Assembly: GCA_963695855.1 (NCBI GenBank)
Contig: CAVOHZ010000008.1
Coordinates: 416,001-480,000 of the forward strand
Direction: 5' to 3'
DNA: 64,000 nt
DNA from: an uncultured Nitrososphaerales archaeon
GTDB taxonomy: Archaea > Thermoproteota > Nitrososphaeria > Nitrososphaerales > Nitrososphaeraceae
Part shown: positions 1-15,469 of the stretch, piece after piece
Layout: each line of letters opens with the position of its first letter
Numbering within the stretch: position 1 is the first letter of the stretch
Notes under the pieces: generated by a model
What the model was told of the DNA's origin: nothing
Databases searched by the model: none
The model's input: the letters and a program-made list of their open reading frames with translations, nothing else
Translations under genes and position numbers: made by a program

Positions 1-119
1 TTGTATTGGATCGTTATAAAATTTGCGAAAGTCATAATAAAAATTAAATATATACTGTGTCCTTGCCTAAAATCTAACCAACGTCTTCTAAACCAACTAT
101 TACCTTTTTTATATTTCAA
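1..119 (-). CDS. Thaumarchaeal-type membrane protein, 5' part (runs off the window)
   Basis: Manual translation from TTG at 119: MKYKKGNSWFRRRWLDFRQGHSIYLIFIMTFANFITIQY..., a basic N-terminus then a hydrophobic helix. Not in the ORF track because it is truncated. Confidence 0.65.
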   Translation of the reverse strand, partial: MKYKKGNSWFRRRWLDFRQGHSIYLIFIMTFANFITIQY

Positions 120-168
120 TACTGTTGTTATTATTTCATTTTAGTTAAATTGTTTACGTTGTTTCAAA

Positions 169-1614
169 CTATTGATTCAATATAATGGCGAAATTTCCTT
201 TTGAGAATAAGATTGTAAAGGATTGATTAATATCCATAATCTCATCATGATTACCAATGTAAATACCTTTTTTCATCCACATGTGGTTTTTAAAATCAAA
301 AGTCCTGTTGTCTTTTAATAAAATTTTCATCCAGCCAGTCAAGTAAACATTCCCATATATTTTGGCGTCTGGATGTGTGTTTTTATTTATCCATTCCGTT
401 GTGACTATCAAGTCTTTGTTGTCTTTTATATCAATCGAATTAAATTGCATTGAGGGAGGTATAAAGAAGTCAGTATGCTCTCTGAATATGCCATATATGG
501 GAAGTGGTTGGTCATAAGGTAGTATCATATATCCTAATCCTATTATCACAAAGAATGAAAGCACAATACCAAAAATCAAATTATTTCTATTTATATGTCT
601 ATATTGATATACTAAATAGTTCATACCGGCAAAAGAAAAGATCGAAATAAAAATACCAGAAAGTATAATCCATCTATCCGGAAGTAATAGGTTGGTATTA
701 GGTAAAACAATCCAACTAAAAGATCCGATCAGTACCAATATTGTGGGAATATATAGGATATTTGTTTTAAGATATCTTAATCCGAACATAAAGGTTGGAA
801 GAATTAATATGTTAACCTTTAAAAATAACAATAGCATATTAATTTGACTGTACCTCTGGTCAATTGTAATATTACCTTCAAGTAATTTAATAATATTACT
901 TACTATTGGATAATTATCGATTGTATTAATAGTAGAGAATGTAATTAATATTATTATTCCAGTTGCTATTAGCGAGTATAAGTATTTCCAGTTTCTCTTT
1001 ATCGCAAAATATAATATTAAAGAGAGAAAAGCCAGGAAAGATAACATTATATCAACAAAAAAAATAAGGGTTAATAAAGAAAAAATTAAAAATATTTGAA
1101 ACTTTCTATATCCTTTTTTACCATCAACTATATAAAATATAACAAAAAATAAGATTAAACCAAGTACGTCCTTATGTAAATCCCATCCTGTTCTCAATAC
1201 TGATATTTGGAATATAATAAATAAAGTCATACAAAGTCCTTTAGTTTGGGAAAGTTGATATTTTTGAGACCATAAGTAAATAACTATAGAGAAAATACCA
1301 TAACATATAACCGATAAAAGAATAACAGAATTATGGGGGTTTAAACCGAAAGTAGTATGAATAAAGTGGAGTAGAATTGGATAAATTTGCAATTTTTGGA
1401 TATACAAATTATTTTCAATGTCATAAATCGAAGGAATATAGTAATTTATTGTATCATATCCTATAGGAAAAGGATATGAAATGAATTCAGGGACAATTCT
1501 AGTTACAACTCCAATAAAAAATATGTAAAAAATAATCTGGTCTCTCTTTATGATTTGGAGAAAATTAATAGAATTCACTTGAATGATTATAATAATATTT
1601 TTCGCTATACGCAA
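169..1614 (-). CDS. Polytopic membrane protein, probable GT-C fold glycosyltransferase-like
   Basis: 481 aa with about 11-13 hydrophobic segments, a PIGYD motif in the loop after TM1 and a soluble C-terminal domain (WINKNT..AKI). Starts 2 bp after the hemL stop. Confidence 0.55.
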   Translation of the reverse strand: MRIAKNIIIIIQVNSINFLQIIKRDQIIFYIFFIGVVTRIVPEFISYPFPIGYDTINYYIPSIYDIENNLYIQKLQIYPILLHFIHTTFGLNPHNSVILLSVICYGIFSIVIYLWSQKYQLSQTKGLCMTLFIIFQISVLRTGWDLHKDVLGLILFFVIFYIVDGKKGYRKFQIFLIFSLLTLIFFVDIMLSFLAFLSLILYFAIKRNWKYLYSLIATGIIILITFSTINTIDNYPIVSNIIKLLEGNITIDQRYSQINMLLLFLKVNILILPTFMFGLRYLKTNILYIPTILVLIGSFSWIVLPNTNLLLPDRWIILSGIFISIFSFAGMNYLVYQYRHINRNNLIFGIVLSFFVIIGLGYMILPYDQPLPIYGIFREHTDFFIPPSMQFNSIDIKDNKDLIVTTEWINKNTHPDAKIYGNVYLTGWMKILLKDNRTFDFKNHMWMKKGIYIGNHDEIMDINQSFTILFSKGNFAIILNQ

Positions 1615-1616
1615 TT

Positions 1617-2952
1617 TTATAATATTCTAGATTCAACAATTGATCTGGTAGCATCAACTAAATTTGTTGCATCAGTTTTATTATGTACGTATGATATCGC
1701 TCCCATTTTATTAGGTAAAAAGAATATTTTGTATTTTGCCATTAAGGCAAAATGAAAATTTTCAAGCATCTCTCTATTACATAAAGCAACATCACTGGCG
1801 TTTCTTATCTTTATATCCTTGTCACCCAAAAAATGTATATGAAATAATGATCCCATTCCAGTAACAATCGCTTTTACCTTATTCTCATAGAAAACCTTCT
1901 GAATTTCAGTTCGTATATAATTGCCTAACTCATTTATTTTTCTATAAACATTTATTTCATTTCTCTTTAGAAATTTTAATGTCTGTAAACCTGAAACCAT
2001 GGTAACAGGATTTGAAGAAAAGGTTCCTCCCCCAATTGAACAATAAGGTTCTCTATTCAATTTCCTTGTAGGGCTAGCCATTGATAAGATTTCACTTTCA
2101 CCACAAACTATTCCAATAGGCATACCTCCTCCAGCTATTTTTCCTAATGTGAACAAATTTGGTTCCAATTTAAACATCTTATAGGCTCCATGGATTGATA
2201 CTCTGAAGCCAGTAACAATTTCATCTAATATGAAAATAATATCATTCTTCTTAGCGAATTCCTGCAGGCCTAGCAAATAGTCATGTTCTGGCATTATACA
2301 TCCAGCTCCTGCAAGAATTGGTTCCACGATAATACAAGCTGAGATCATTCTTTAGAGGAGTTAAAATTTTTAAGGAATTTTCAAGATCATTAAATGGTAT
2401 CGATTTGATGTATTTTTCTTCAGGATTAAATCCAATTCCTTCTTTTGAGCCAAATGGATAATTTACACTTTTTAAAAGAGTTGAATTAAAACCATGCCAT
2501 CCACCAATAATTTTTGCTACAAATTTCTTCATAGTCTTTGCACGAGCCAACCGGACAGCATACATTGTAGCCTCAGAGCCAGTTGAAGCAAATCTCATCT
2601 TTTCTGCTCTTGGCATTAATTTTTGAATCATTTCAGCTAATTCAACACTTACATTATTTACGGTTCCAAATAACGTTCCATTCTTCACTTGATTTATCAC
2701 TGACCTTGAGACGGCATCATGTGAATGCCCCAATATTAACGCCCAATGGCCCATCCAATAATCTACATAGATATTATTGTCTACATCTGTGAGAATTTTT
2801 CCCTTAGCTTTTTTTACAAAAAAAGGATAGGGAGCGAAAAACCTAATATTATGACTAATTCCCCCAGGAAAAATTTTATCAGATTTTTTATAAAGATAAT
2901 CTGACTTTATAGTATTTCTTTGATATATTCGCTGATATTCAGGTAATTGCAT
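1617..2952 (-). pseudogene. hemL: Glutamate-1-semialdehyde 2,1-aminomutase, split by a 1-bp frameshift (true lesion or sequencing error)
   Basis: ORF 2281-2952 carries the N-half (FPGG, YVDYWMGHWALILGH, STGSEATM, GGWHG). ORF 1617-2348 carries the C-half (IVEP, ILDEIVTGFR, TLGKIAGGGMPIG, GGTFSSNP). Removing one base at 2340-2341 restores KNDL-ACIIVEP. Confidence 0.88.
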
Positions 2953-3053
2953 TATTGAGATGATGAAAAGAAATAAAGAACTAATTTATATGTTATCGGA
3001 AAAAATCCTTAAATTTTTTTAAAATCCATACAAAAAAATATCAAATTTATAGA

Positions 3054-3068
3054 CCGAAGATTTATATG
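3054..3068 (+). promoter_or_regulatory. Candidate BRE/TATA promoter of the rRNA operon
   Basis: CCGAAGA-TTTATATG about 210 bp upstream of 16S, followed by a hairpin-rich leader. Confidence 0.45.
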
Positions 3069-3206
3069 ATATAGTGGAAGATGGAATTTAGAACGCAAGG
3101 CTTAGGCGGCATCAATAATGATGTTGGTCATGGACCAAAAAGTGACTTATTGATCTCCATTTGCGCTCATATTATGAGGATTTAATAAATCTGATTAAAT
3201 CTGATA

Positions 3207-4785
<1,579 letters not shown>

Positions 4786-4850
4786 ACTAAATGCAATTCC
4801 CAAGAACAATCTTAGGAATGAAGGATGTAGTAAACGTGAGTTTACAATGA

Positions 4851-8028
<3,178 letters not shown>

Positions 8029-8049
8029 ATTTTTTTTCTTTAATTTTTT
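8029..8049 (+). terminator. Oligo-T terminator of the rRNA operon
   Basis: T-rich tract immediately after the 3' arm of the 23S processing stem, convergent with speB. Confidence 0.5.
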
Positions 8050-8060
8050 AAATCGATCTC

Positions 8061-9014
8061 TTAATTCCAGAATTTAGAAAGTATCCTATAGATGGTCTGC
8101 GTTGCCAATGTTCCTTCTCTATAATCACCATTTTTCATTGCAACTTCTACAATATCCAAGCCTATCAATTTTGAGGACTTGTTTATCGAATTTATTATTT
8201 CCAATATCTGGAATGGATTCAAACCAAATGGTTCAGGTGTTCCGGTACAAGGTACATAGCATATGTCATATACATCGATATCAAATGAAATGTAGATCTT
8301 TTTCCTTTTGGTAATTTTTTCGATTTTTTTTTGAATAGATTTCAAATCGTTATGAATTTGCCACGCATCAAAGGTTATAACCCCGTTCCTTTTAGCTATG
8401 TCATTTTCTTCTTTATCTGTTTGTCTTATTCCAATCTGAATCAAATTCGATCCTTTAATAAAGCCGTCATTAATTAGATGGTAAAATGGAGTCGTATGAC
8501 AAAGTTTAATGCCTTCGTAACTCGGTTTCATGTCTCTGTGGGCGTCAAAATGTAATATGATAGGATCTTCATTTGCTATGGATTTGACGCTAAAATAAGA
8601 AATGGTATGTTCTCCACCTAATATAATGGGAATTTTATTCTCTTTTCTAATACATGAATTTATTTTGTGAATGTCTGAAGAAATCTTCTTAAATACGTCT
8701 TCTATCTCTTTCTTTTTTGTTTTTCTATTAGGTAAAATCAAATCGCCTATATCAAAAATTTTTATTTTTTCATAAATTTCTGTATTCTTCTCAAAAATGA
8801 ATGATTCGATTTGTTTAGCAGATGTTCTTCGAATTGAATGGGGGCCAAATCTGGTTCCCTTCCCGAAACTGGTTGTTATATCTAACGGAATTCCATATAG
8901 TATTGCGTTTGCATCATGAAAAGAAATTATGATTGGTGCATCCATAAAACTGTATTCTGCAGAGGTCTGTTCCGGCGGGATAAATAAATTCTCCAGGGAG
9001 TCTAGCATATTCAA
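8061..9014 (-). CDS. speB: Agmatinase (arginase/ureohydrolase family)
   Basis: Mn-binding motifs GGEHTIS, HFDAHRD and SFDIDVYD, plus GTGTPEPFG. Confidence 0.88.
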   Translation of the reverse strand: MNMLDSLENLFIPPEQTSAEYSFMDAPIIISFHDANAILYGIPLDITTSFGKGTRFGPHSIRRTSAKQIESFIFEKNTEIYEKIKIFDIGDLILPNRKTKKKEIEDVFKKISSDIHKINSCIRKENKIPIILGGEHTISYFSVKSIANEDPIILHFDAHRDMKPSYEGIKLCHTTPFYHLINDGFIKGSNLIQIGIRQTDKEENDIAKRNGVITFDAWQIHNDLKSIQKKIEKITKRKKIYISFDIDVYDICYVPCTGTPEPFGLNPFQILEIINSINKSSKLIGLDIVEVAMKNGDYREGTLATQTIYRILSKFWN

Positions 9015-9041
9015 TTAATATGAAATCTAATTATTTTTTTC

Positions 9042-11720
9042 TTACCAAAAGAGTTCATCCAAATTTGCTTGTCTGTCTTTACCTAATATGGATTTAAAAT
9101 TGAATTTTAAAGAAGCTAATATTTGATCGAACGTTGATTCCATAGCTTCAAGATATTTTTCGACATCAATTTCATTAAAATTGTTAACCAATTCTATAGG
9201 TTTAACACCATCACTAGTTTTCGTTTTGACATATGAAATTATATCTCCGGCTCTTACCTCTTTACCCGACTGATGTAATAACATTGCTGCTTTGATGTGT
9301 TGAGGTAATCCTTTATATGTTATATAGTCTATGTTTTTGCCATCAATTGACCTAACTTTAGAATTATTTGTTTTTTCCCCGTATCTATCAGGGGATTTAT
9401 TTACCATTACATTAAAACTTAAATCTCGAGGATTTATATTTCCAGTTTCAAGATTAGTTGCGTACTCTTTAATTATTTTTTTAATCTTTTCCTTGGCATT
9501 TTCAAACTCATTTTCGGAACGTACCTCTCTCAAAATATCTAATATTTTGTGGAATGCTTTGCGTATAAACGGAGGTGTATGCGATTTTTTTCCAGTTAGA
9601 CCCTTAACATCAACTGTACCATCGTGTAATACTCCAAGATAGTTCTTCTTCAAGTCACTAAAAACTACATATCTATAGGTTTTATCTATTTCTAGATCTA
9701 TCCCTAGATTTGTTTTAGCCCATGTTGAGATCTTCTCTACATTTATTGATGAAGGATTTTTTAAAAATAATGAATCTGTATCCCCATATATGACTTCTAT
9801 TCCTATATTCTTGCACTTTTCAATTGTTTTTGTTGTCGTATCTCTCCCAATTGCAGCGGTTGCATCAGCTACTGGCAAACAATATAATGGAAATATTTCT
9901 GCACCCATTACTCCGTAACTCGCATTGAGGATGACCTTGATAGCTTGACTTATAACTTCATACGTTTGACGTTCTTCCGTTTCTATCGATTTATTCTTTG
10001 AAAGAAGTTTATAATAATTAACCCTTAGATCTCTCAGTGATCCAATCAGAAGCGACGTGAGTCCTCTCTTTCTTTTACAAATCCAATGGCTAGTTTCCGT
10101 AATCTGTTGTTTTGGATCATTTTTGCATGATGGGTGTGAACAATTTACAGTTTCGTATGATAAATTATGAACTTTGATTATACTAGGATACAATGAAGCA
10201 AAATCTACAACGACTACATTAAAGTGGATTCCTAATTTTGGTTCGACCACCAGACCTCCCCTATATTTTTTTTCTTTTATTATGGCAGTAGTTGAAGAAG
10301 AGCCTTTCGATATTAATTCGTCTCGTCTTGGTATCAATGCATTTTTTTGCCTGTGTTCATAATATAACATCCCTCTTATCCATTGATTTACACCAAATCT
10401 AGAAACGTCATCTACCGGAAGATGTCCTATCCTTGAAATAATCATAAGTAATTTTATTAGAAGATTCTCATTAAAAGTAGTCAATCTTAAAGTTAGATCT
10501 GCATCTTTCAAACAATATTCAGCTAACTTATCTACAGGCAAGCGGGTTATATCTACATCAATTTCTAATTTATGGTCATTTAATAATGCCTCCGATATTG
10601 CATTTAGAGTGAATTCGGAATATTTGTGATTAAATGCATAAATTTGAATAGATCGATTTTGAAATGTTCGAAATAAATCCAGATGTATTCCGTGTTTAAT
10701 TTGTACTGGTTCTGCTTGCATTCCTCTTTTTATGAAAGATTCCTTTTTTAATATTATTGGAATTTCATTCTTCTCTATTCCTTTTTTTTTATCTCGATCT
10801 ATTCGCGAATCTTGTGATCTTGTGTATAAATATGGTAGATCAAAATCATCTCCATTAAAAGTAAGAATTATGGGATATGATTTAAGAACTTTGAAAGCTG
10901 CAGAAATCAAATCCTTCTCATTTTCAAAAATCTCAGCTTCTGGGATCATTTTTTTCTTGTCATTTTTAGATCCATTTTGGTAGTCATAATTAAGAACATA
11001 TACTTTTTTAAATCCGTCATTTCCAACCATTCCAATAGCAATAATTTTTTTATCATGATCCCTTGGATTTGGAATCCTTCCCTCTTCAGCTTCTACCTCT
11101 ATATCTATTGCAATTCTTTTCAATTCGGGAATTGGTTGATTTAAGAGGTTTATCCATTGCGAAATATACTTGTTATATTCATCTGTGTTGTTTTCTAAGT
11201 CGCCAGCTTTGTCCCATAATAATCCATACAATTTTCCTTCTGTTTGTTTAGTCAACTCGTATTTATATTCAAGAATTTGGTTGCCTACTCTGTAATAATA
11301 TGTACCTGGGATAAGAGAATTATCATATAAATAGTTCTCATGATACTTAATATCTGCTTCCCATGACGTTATTTTTTCTCTTACACTTTCATCAGTACCC
11401 CCTATTGATAAAGGGTCTGGTGCAAGAATTTTTACTACATCTATTTCTTTATCTGCTATTAAATCAATTTTTTTATCATATCGTAATTCGTATTTCGGTT
11501 CCTTTTTCGCAATTTCTTTTGCTTTTTCTCTGAACTGAGACTTGGTGTAACAATACGGCTTATGGTTAGTTTGATCCTTCCAGAAATATATTACCTCTAA
11601 CTCAGGATCATAAAATTTTAATAAAACTTTGTGTTCTTCACCAGAATAAATTGAAGAGAGTAAAATTACTTTTTTATTTTCAGGTAAATCCAACGTATTA
11701 TCAAACGTTTTTTTTCCCAA
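9042..11720 (-). CDS. polB: Family B DNA polymerase (PolB1 type)
   Basis: Exo motifs DIEV, FNGDDFDLPYL and YCLKDA; Pol motifs DFASLYPSII, KVILNASYG, YGDTDS and KKNY. The ORF is open to 11834 but the TTG at 11720 is the more plausible start. No intein. Confidence 0.96.
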   Translation of the reverse strand: MGKKTFDNTLDLPENKKVILLSSIYSGEEHKVLLKFYDPELEVIYFWKDQTNHKPYCYTKSQFREKAKEIAKKEPKYELRYDKKIDLIADKEIDVVKILAPDPLSIGGTDESVREKITSWEADIKYHENYLYDNSLIPGTYYYRVGNQILEYKYELTKQTEGKLYGLLWDKAGDLENNTDEYNKYISQWINLLNQPIPELKRIAIDIEVEAEEGRIPNPRDHDKKIIAIGMVGNDGFKKVYVLNYDYQNGSKNDKKKMIPEAEIFENEKDLISAAFKVLKSYPIILTFNGDDFDLPYLYTRSQDSRIDRDKKKGIEKNEIPIILKKESFIKRGMQAEPVQIKHGIHLDLFRTFQNRSIQIYAFNHKYSEFTLNAISEALLNDHKLEIDVDITRLPVDKLAEYCLKDADLTLRLTTFNENLLIKLLMIISRIGHLPVDDVSRFGVNQWIRGMLYYEHRQKNALIPRRDELISKGSSSTTAIIKEKKYRGGLVVEPKLGIHFNVVVVDFASLYPSIIKVHNLSYETVNCSHPSCKNDPKQQITETSHWICKRKRGLTSLLIGSLRDLRVNYYKLLSKNKSIETEERQTYEVISQAIKVILNASYGVMGAEIFPLYCLPVADATAAIGRDTTTKTIEKCKNIGIEVIYGDTDSLFLKNPSSINVEKISTWAKTNLGIDLEIDKTYRYVVFSDLKKNYLGVLHDGTVDVKGLTGKKSHTPPFIRKAFHKILDILREVRSENEFENAKEKIKKIIKEYATNLETGNINPRDLSFNVMVNKSPDRYGEKTNNSKVRSIDGKNIDYITYKGLPQHIKAAMLLHQSGKEVRAGDIISYVKTKTSDGVKPIELVNNFNEIDVEKYLEAMESTFDQILASLKFNFKSILGKDRQANLDELFW

Positions 11721-12074
11721 TATCTTAGAATATTCTGGATTCAATATTGATTTGAATAAAATATAATTATCAAATTTTAATCTTTTCCGTATTCTTTTTT
11801 TAGCTATGAAATGAATATGAACGTTTAAAAACAACAGTCATGCAAGAAACTTCATATTTGTATTTTTCATCCATCAATAATAAGGACTAAAATTATGATT
11901 TGTGTATAGAATAAATGCAATATATTTGTAAATTAAACAAAGTATCCGATATGTATTGTTAATATTGTTATTATATTTTATTTATCCAATTAAAGGGATT
12001 TACTGATTATCCTTTGATTAAATTCTATGCTTTCAATTTAATCCAAGAAATTCATAACATACACTCATTTGAAA

Positions 12075-12893
12075 TTACTTCTTTCTAGACGTTATTCTTA
12101 CAATAAATACTCCTGAAATATATAATAATATCATTGGGCCTGAAATAAACCACATAGTAACTCCACTACCATCAGGTGTGATTATGGCACCAAAAATAAC
12201 TAAAATTATTACTGAATATCTGAAATTTCTTTTCCAAAAATCATATTCTATTATACCAGTTAATGAAATAATATACATAATTACGGGAAGTTCAAAAGTT
12301 ACACCAAATCCAAGAAGAAATTGAAGCACAAATGAAATAAAATCATTTATGTTGAGAAAAGTTTCTACACCAATAGATTCTCCGTATTTATACAAAAAAT
12401 CAAGGGTGAACGGAATTACAACTAAAAATGAAAAAACGATTCCTGAAATAAATAAACCAATAGTGGGAATCAGTATTTTTAATAACTTTATTTTCTTTTT
12501 TGCCTTCTCTTCAATTGCAGGACTTAAGAATTCATAAGCCTCCTTTATTATTAGTGGAACCGAAAATATTATTCCTATTAATGCCGCGACATAAATTTGG
12601 GCTACAAATGCTTGTCCTGGTGCTGTTTGAATAAGGTCTACTTCAGCTGGAAGCAACATATCTTTCATAAATGTAGTAATTTGTATGGCTAAGTTGTTAA
12701 ACGGGTCAGGATAAATGAATGGAAATTTAATAATATTGTCCAATCCGTTTGGGGAATTATTCAAATTAAATGAATAATATTGTATTCCAAATGTTACACA
12801 AAAAATGATAACTATAATGATAGAAATAGAAACTCTTAATATTCTAGACCTCAATTCATAAAAATGTTCTTTAACAGACATTCCTGAAGACAA
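12075..12893 (-). CDS. tatC: Twin-arginine translocase subunit TatC
   Basis: EHFYELRSRI, six TM helices, FGVTFELPV, GAIITPDGS. Confidence 0.95.
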   Translation of the reverse strand: MSSGMSVKEHFYELRSRILRVSISIIIVIIFCVTFGIQYYSFNLNNSPNGLDNIIKFPFIYPDPFNNLAIQITTFMKDMLLPAEVDLIQTAPGQAFVAQIYVAALIGIIFSVPLIIKEAYEFLSPAIEEKAKKKIKLLKILIPTIGLFISGIVFSFLVVIPFTLDFLYKYGESIGVETFLNINDFISFVLQFLLGFGVTFELPVIMYIISLTGIIEYDFWKRNFRYSVIILVIFGAIITPDGSGVTMWFISGPMILLYISGVFIVRITSRKK

Positions 12894-13364
12894 TTCTATT
12901 GCTGTTTGTATTTTATAATCATGATATATAATTGGTGGTCTTTACCATCAGAAAATCTTTTACATATTGTGTTATATTTATTTGCCTTCAAGCAGGACAT
13001 TTGACTATGTTATAAATTACCTAAATCACCAAATCTAGATAACTTTTTGTTTTTCTTTATTTTTTATTTTTAAACTTGCAAGGAACAAACTTTACACATT
13101 TTCTAGTTGTCCTGGTACAACAGCTTCGGGTCTTGCTTTAACCCCATGCATGTTCATATGAGCTACGTTAATCTTAGAGATCATCTTATCCGCAGTTTGA
13201 AAAGGTATAAATAAATAATCGCATCTAGGAAGGGCCTAATTTTTTAATTATTTAATTCTATAATATTGGTCACCTGGTCATAGGACAATTTTTTCAATGC
13301 AAATTGGCAAATCTTTTTCCCCTTGAAAATTATTTAATTTAATTATCAAATTTGAGAATTAGTT

Positions 13365-13730
13365 ATGACTAGAGTCAATAAATATACATTTTCTAAAACA
13401 TTTGATATAATGGCCATTCATGAATTCTTACTTCCAGATGAAAATATTAAATTTCAAAGCAAAACAGAGGTCAAGTATGCAGAAAAAAAATATAATTTCT
13501 TAATTACAGATATGAGAATAATTCTTTATGCAAAAAGGGGACGCTTTTTAAAATCAGATGATATTATAAGCGAACGTCTGGATAAATTACATGAAATAAA
13601 ATATTGTGAAAAAGGCTTAATATTCAGAACTGCCAAGATAACTATTCAATCCAATATAAATATGGATATTTTTGGTTCCTGTTCTGAACTAAAACAGCTA
13701 TTCAACAACTTACAGGTTATTGTATTTTAA
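13365..13730 (+). CDS. Bacterial-type PH domain protein
   Basis: FLLPDENI..., LITDMRIILY and KGLIFRTAKITI match the prokaryotic PH-domain pattern. The true start may be the ATG at 13410. Confidence 0.65.
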   Translation: MTRVNKYTFSKTFDIMAIHEFLLPDENIKFQSKTEVKYAEKKYNFLITDMRIILYAKRGRFLKSDDIISERLDKLHEIKYCEKGLIFRTAKITIQSNINMDIFGSCSELKQLFNNLQVIVF

Positions 13731-14065
13731 CTGAATTTCAATATAATTTTATATTGTCACTAAGCAATGTTGGTTTGAAAAGGTTATTATTCATTTATCC
13801 GTTTTGTAAAACTCTATTAATCATTATATATTAATTTACGATTAATATTATTTTAACAGTTCAGCAATTTGAATGAATATGGTTAAACATAAATCCAAAA
13901 ATCACGTTATATTTAATGTATTTACTTAGCTACTAAAATTCTCGTCCTTTTTCCAACCCAAGCAAAAGAATACCAGGATCGATCCTTAATTGATTATTCG
14001 TTTTGTATACTTAAAAGGAATAACTTGAAACAATAAATAAATATACTCTTATATTCACCATTTTT

Positions 14066-14527
14066 ATGTTGCAACGTTTAAAATACTGTTTCCTACTCTT
14101 TATCGTCATATCCATAACAAGTTATTCCGTTGTGATAAATTACGAAAAAGTTTATTCTATTTCGGAAATAGATTCAACCATAGTATCCGAAACTAATGGA
14201 AAATCTCTGGATATTAAAATTTCACCATCAGTTAGTCCAATCAAATCACAAGATGAAATAAAATTTAAGATAACCTTTCTTCAACCAAATAGCGATAAAG
14301 TACAGGTTCACGTAGATTATGATTTCAACGTACTCCATGACGGTGATGAAATATTCTCTGCATCCAAGCAAACAGGACAACCTCTCTTACATACATCTGA
14401 GGGAACGGTTACTATACCGTATTCATTTCTGTCTTCTGGTTTGTACATGGTGAAAATTTCAGTGTTGGGCATAAACTTTGTTCCAATAAATCCTGAATCG
14501 GCAGACTTTACTTTTCAAGTTAATTAA
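14066..14527 (+). CDS. Secreted or membrane-anchored beta-sandwich protein (thaumarchaeal type)
   Basis: N-terminal hydrophobic signal; HVDYDF...LHTSEG...G.Y...ISV.GI.F.PI pattern seen in thaumarchaeal surface proteins. Confidence 0.65.
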   Translation: MLQRLKYCFLLFIVISITSYSVVINYEKVYSISEIDSTIVSETNGKSLDIKISPSVSPIKSQDEIKFKITFLQPNSDKVQVHVDYDFNVLHDGDEIFSASKQTGQPLLHTSEGTVTIPYSFLSSGLYMVKISVLGINFVPINPESADFTFQVN

Positions 14528-14879
14528 TTGAAAAATTTTATCATAATAATTTCTATTTTTTATTGATTTAATTTGTTCAAAATGTCTTTATACAATAGTA
14601 AGTTAAAATTTGGAATTTGCTTAGACCTATGTGTAGAGAATTAGATGAACTAAAAATATGGAAGTCAACTTTTTATCTGTAAGTTATAACTAATAGACTG
14701 GTCATATAAAATATTATTAGAATCGAGTAAATTTCGTTTTTCTTTAAGAGCATTGCTCAGTAGTATTGTAGACATTCAGTATATTGATAAACATATTAGA
14801 GTTGTATTTGGTATTGATAAAATCCCTATATAATAATCGAATTGAACTAGAAAAATAGGAATCATAAGATACTCTATTT

Positions 14880-15236
14880 CTATTCATTTTTTGTAGTTGT
14901 TATCTCTTGGAATTTTTGTAGATGTGTTACCAGGTCTTTTAATACTTCTATTTTTCGTTTAGGATTGTTTGCAAAATTAATTACCTCTTTAATAAATTCA
15001 CCAATATCAATTACCTCTTCTCCAAGGACTTCAACACCCTTTACAGTTATTAAATATGATTTTAGTGGAACTCCATATTGAATCCCAGACAAAAAATATG
15101 TTTCATTTTGCCTTAAACGCGTACTGTATTTCTTGTATTCTGTTATTATTTTTTCGGCCTGAATTTGTATTTCTTTTTCAATTTCGTCTATTTTTAAATT
15201 TAAACTATTAATACAATCAAAAAAATCCGAGATCAC
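14880..15236 (-). CDS. Hypothetical protein
   Basis: 118-aa ORF with a coiled-coil-like N-terminus and typical composition. Confidence 0.65.
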   Translation of the reverse strand: MISDFFDCINSLNLKIDEIEKEIQIQAEKIITEYKKYSTRLRQNETYFLSGIQYGVPLKSYLITVKGVEVLGEEVIDIGEFIKEVINFANNPKRKIEVLKDLVTHLQKFQEITTTKNE

Positions 15237-15469
15237 AATTTTAGTTAGATATTTATCTTTTTAAGTATTTGGAATTTATGAAGTTGTGATTCTTACCGGT
15301 TCTTACGACATGAAAGTCTTTATTGGCTACTATACTAGTTCCATTTGTATTCAGACTAGGTTCAAAATTAACATACTCTATAGCAGTAAGGTTCTGACAG
15401 CCCTTCTGACAGGCTAGAAGTTGTAAGAATGTTTGCCGCCTGCAAGCCGAAAAAATAAAAATGAATGAA

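Noticed and set aside
13090-13240. Minus-strand fragment PRCDYLFIPFQTADKMISKINVAHMNMHGVKARPEAVVPGQLENV*
   Set aside because: No credible start or recognisable family; cannot be distinguished from chance
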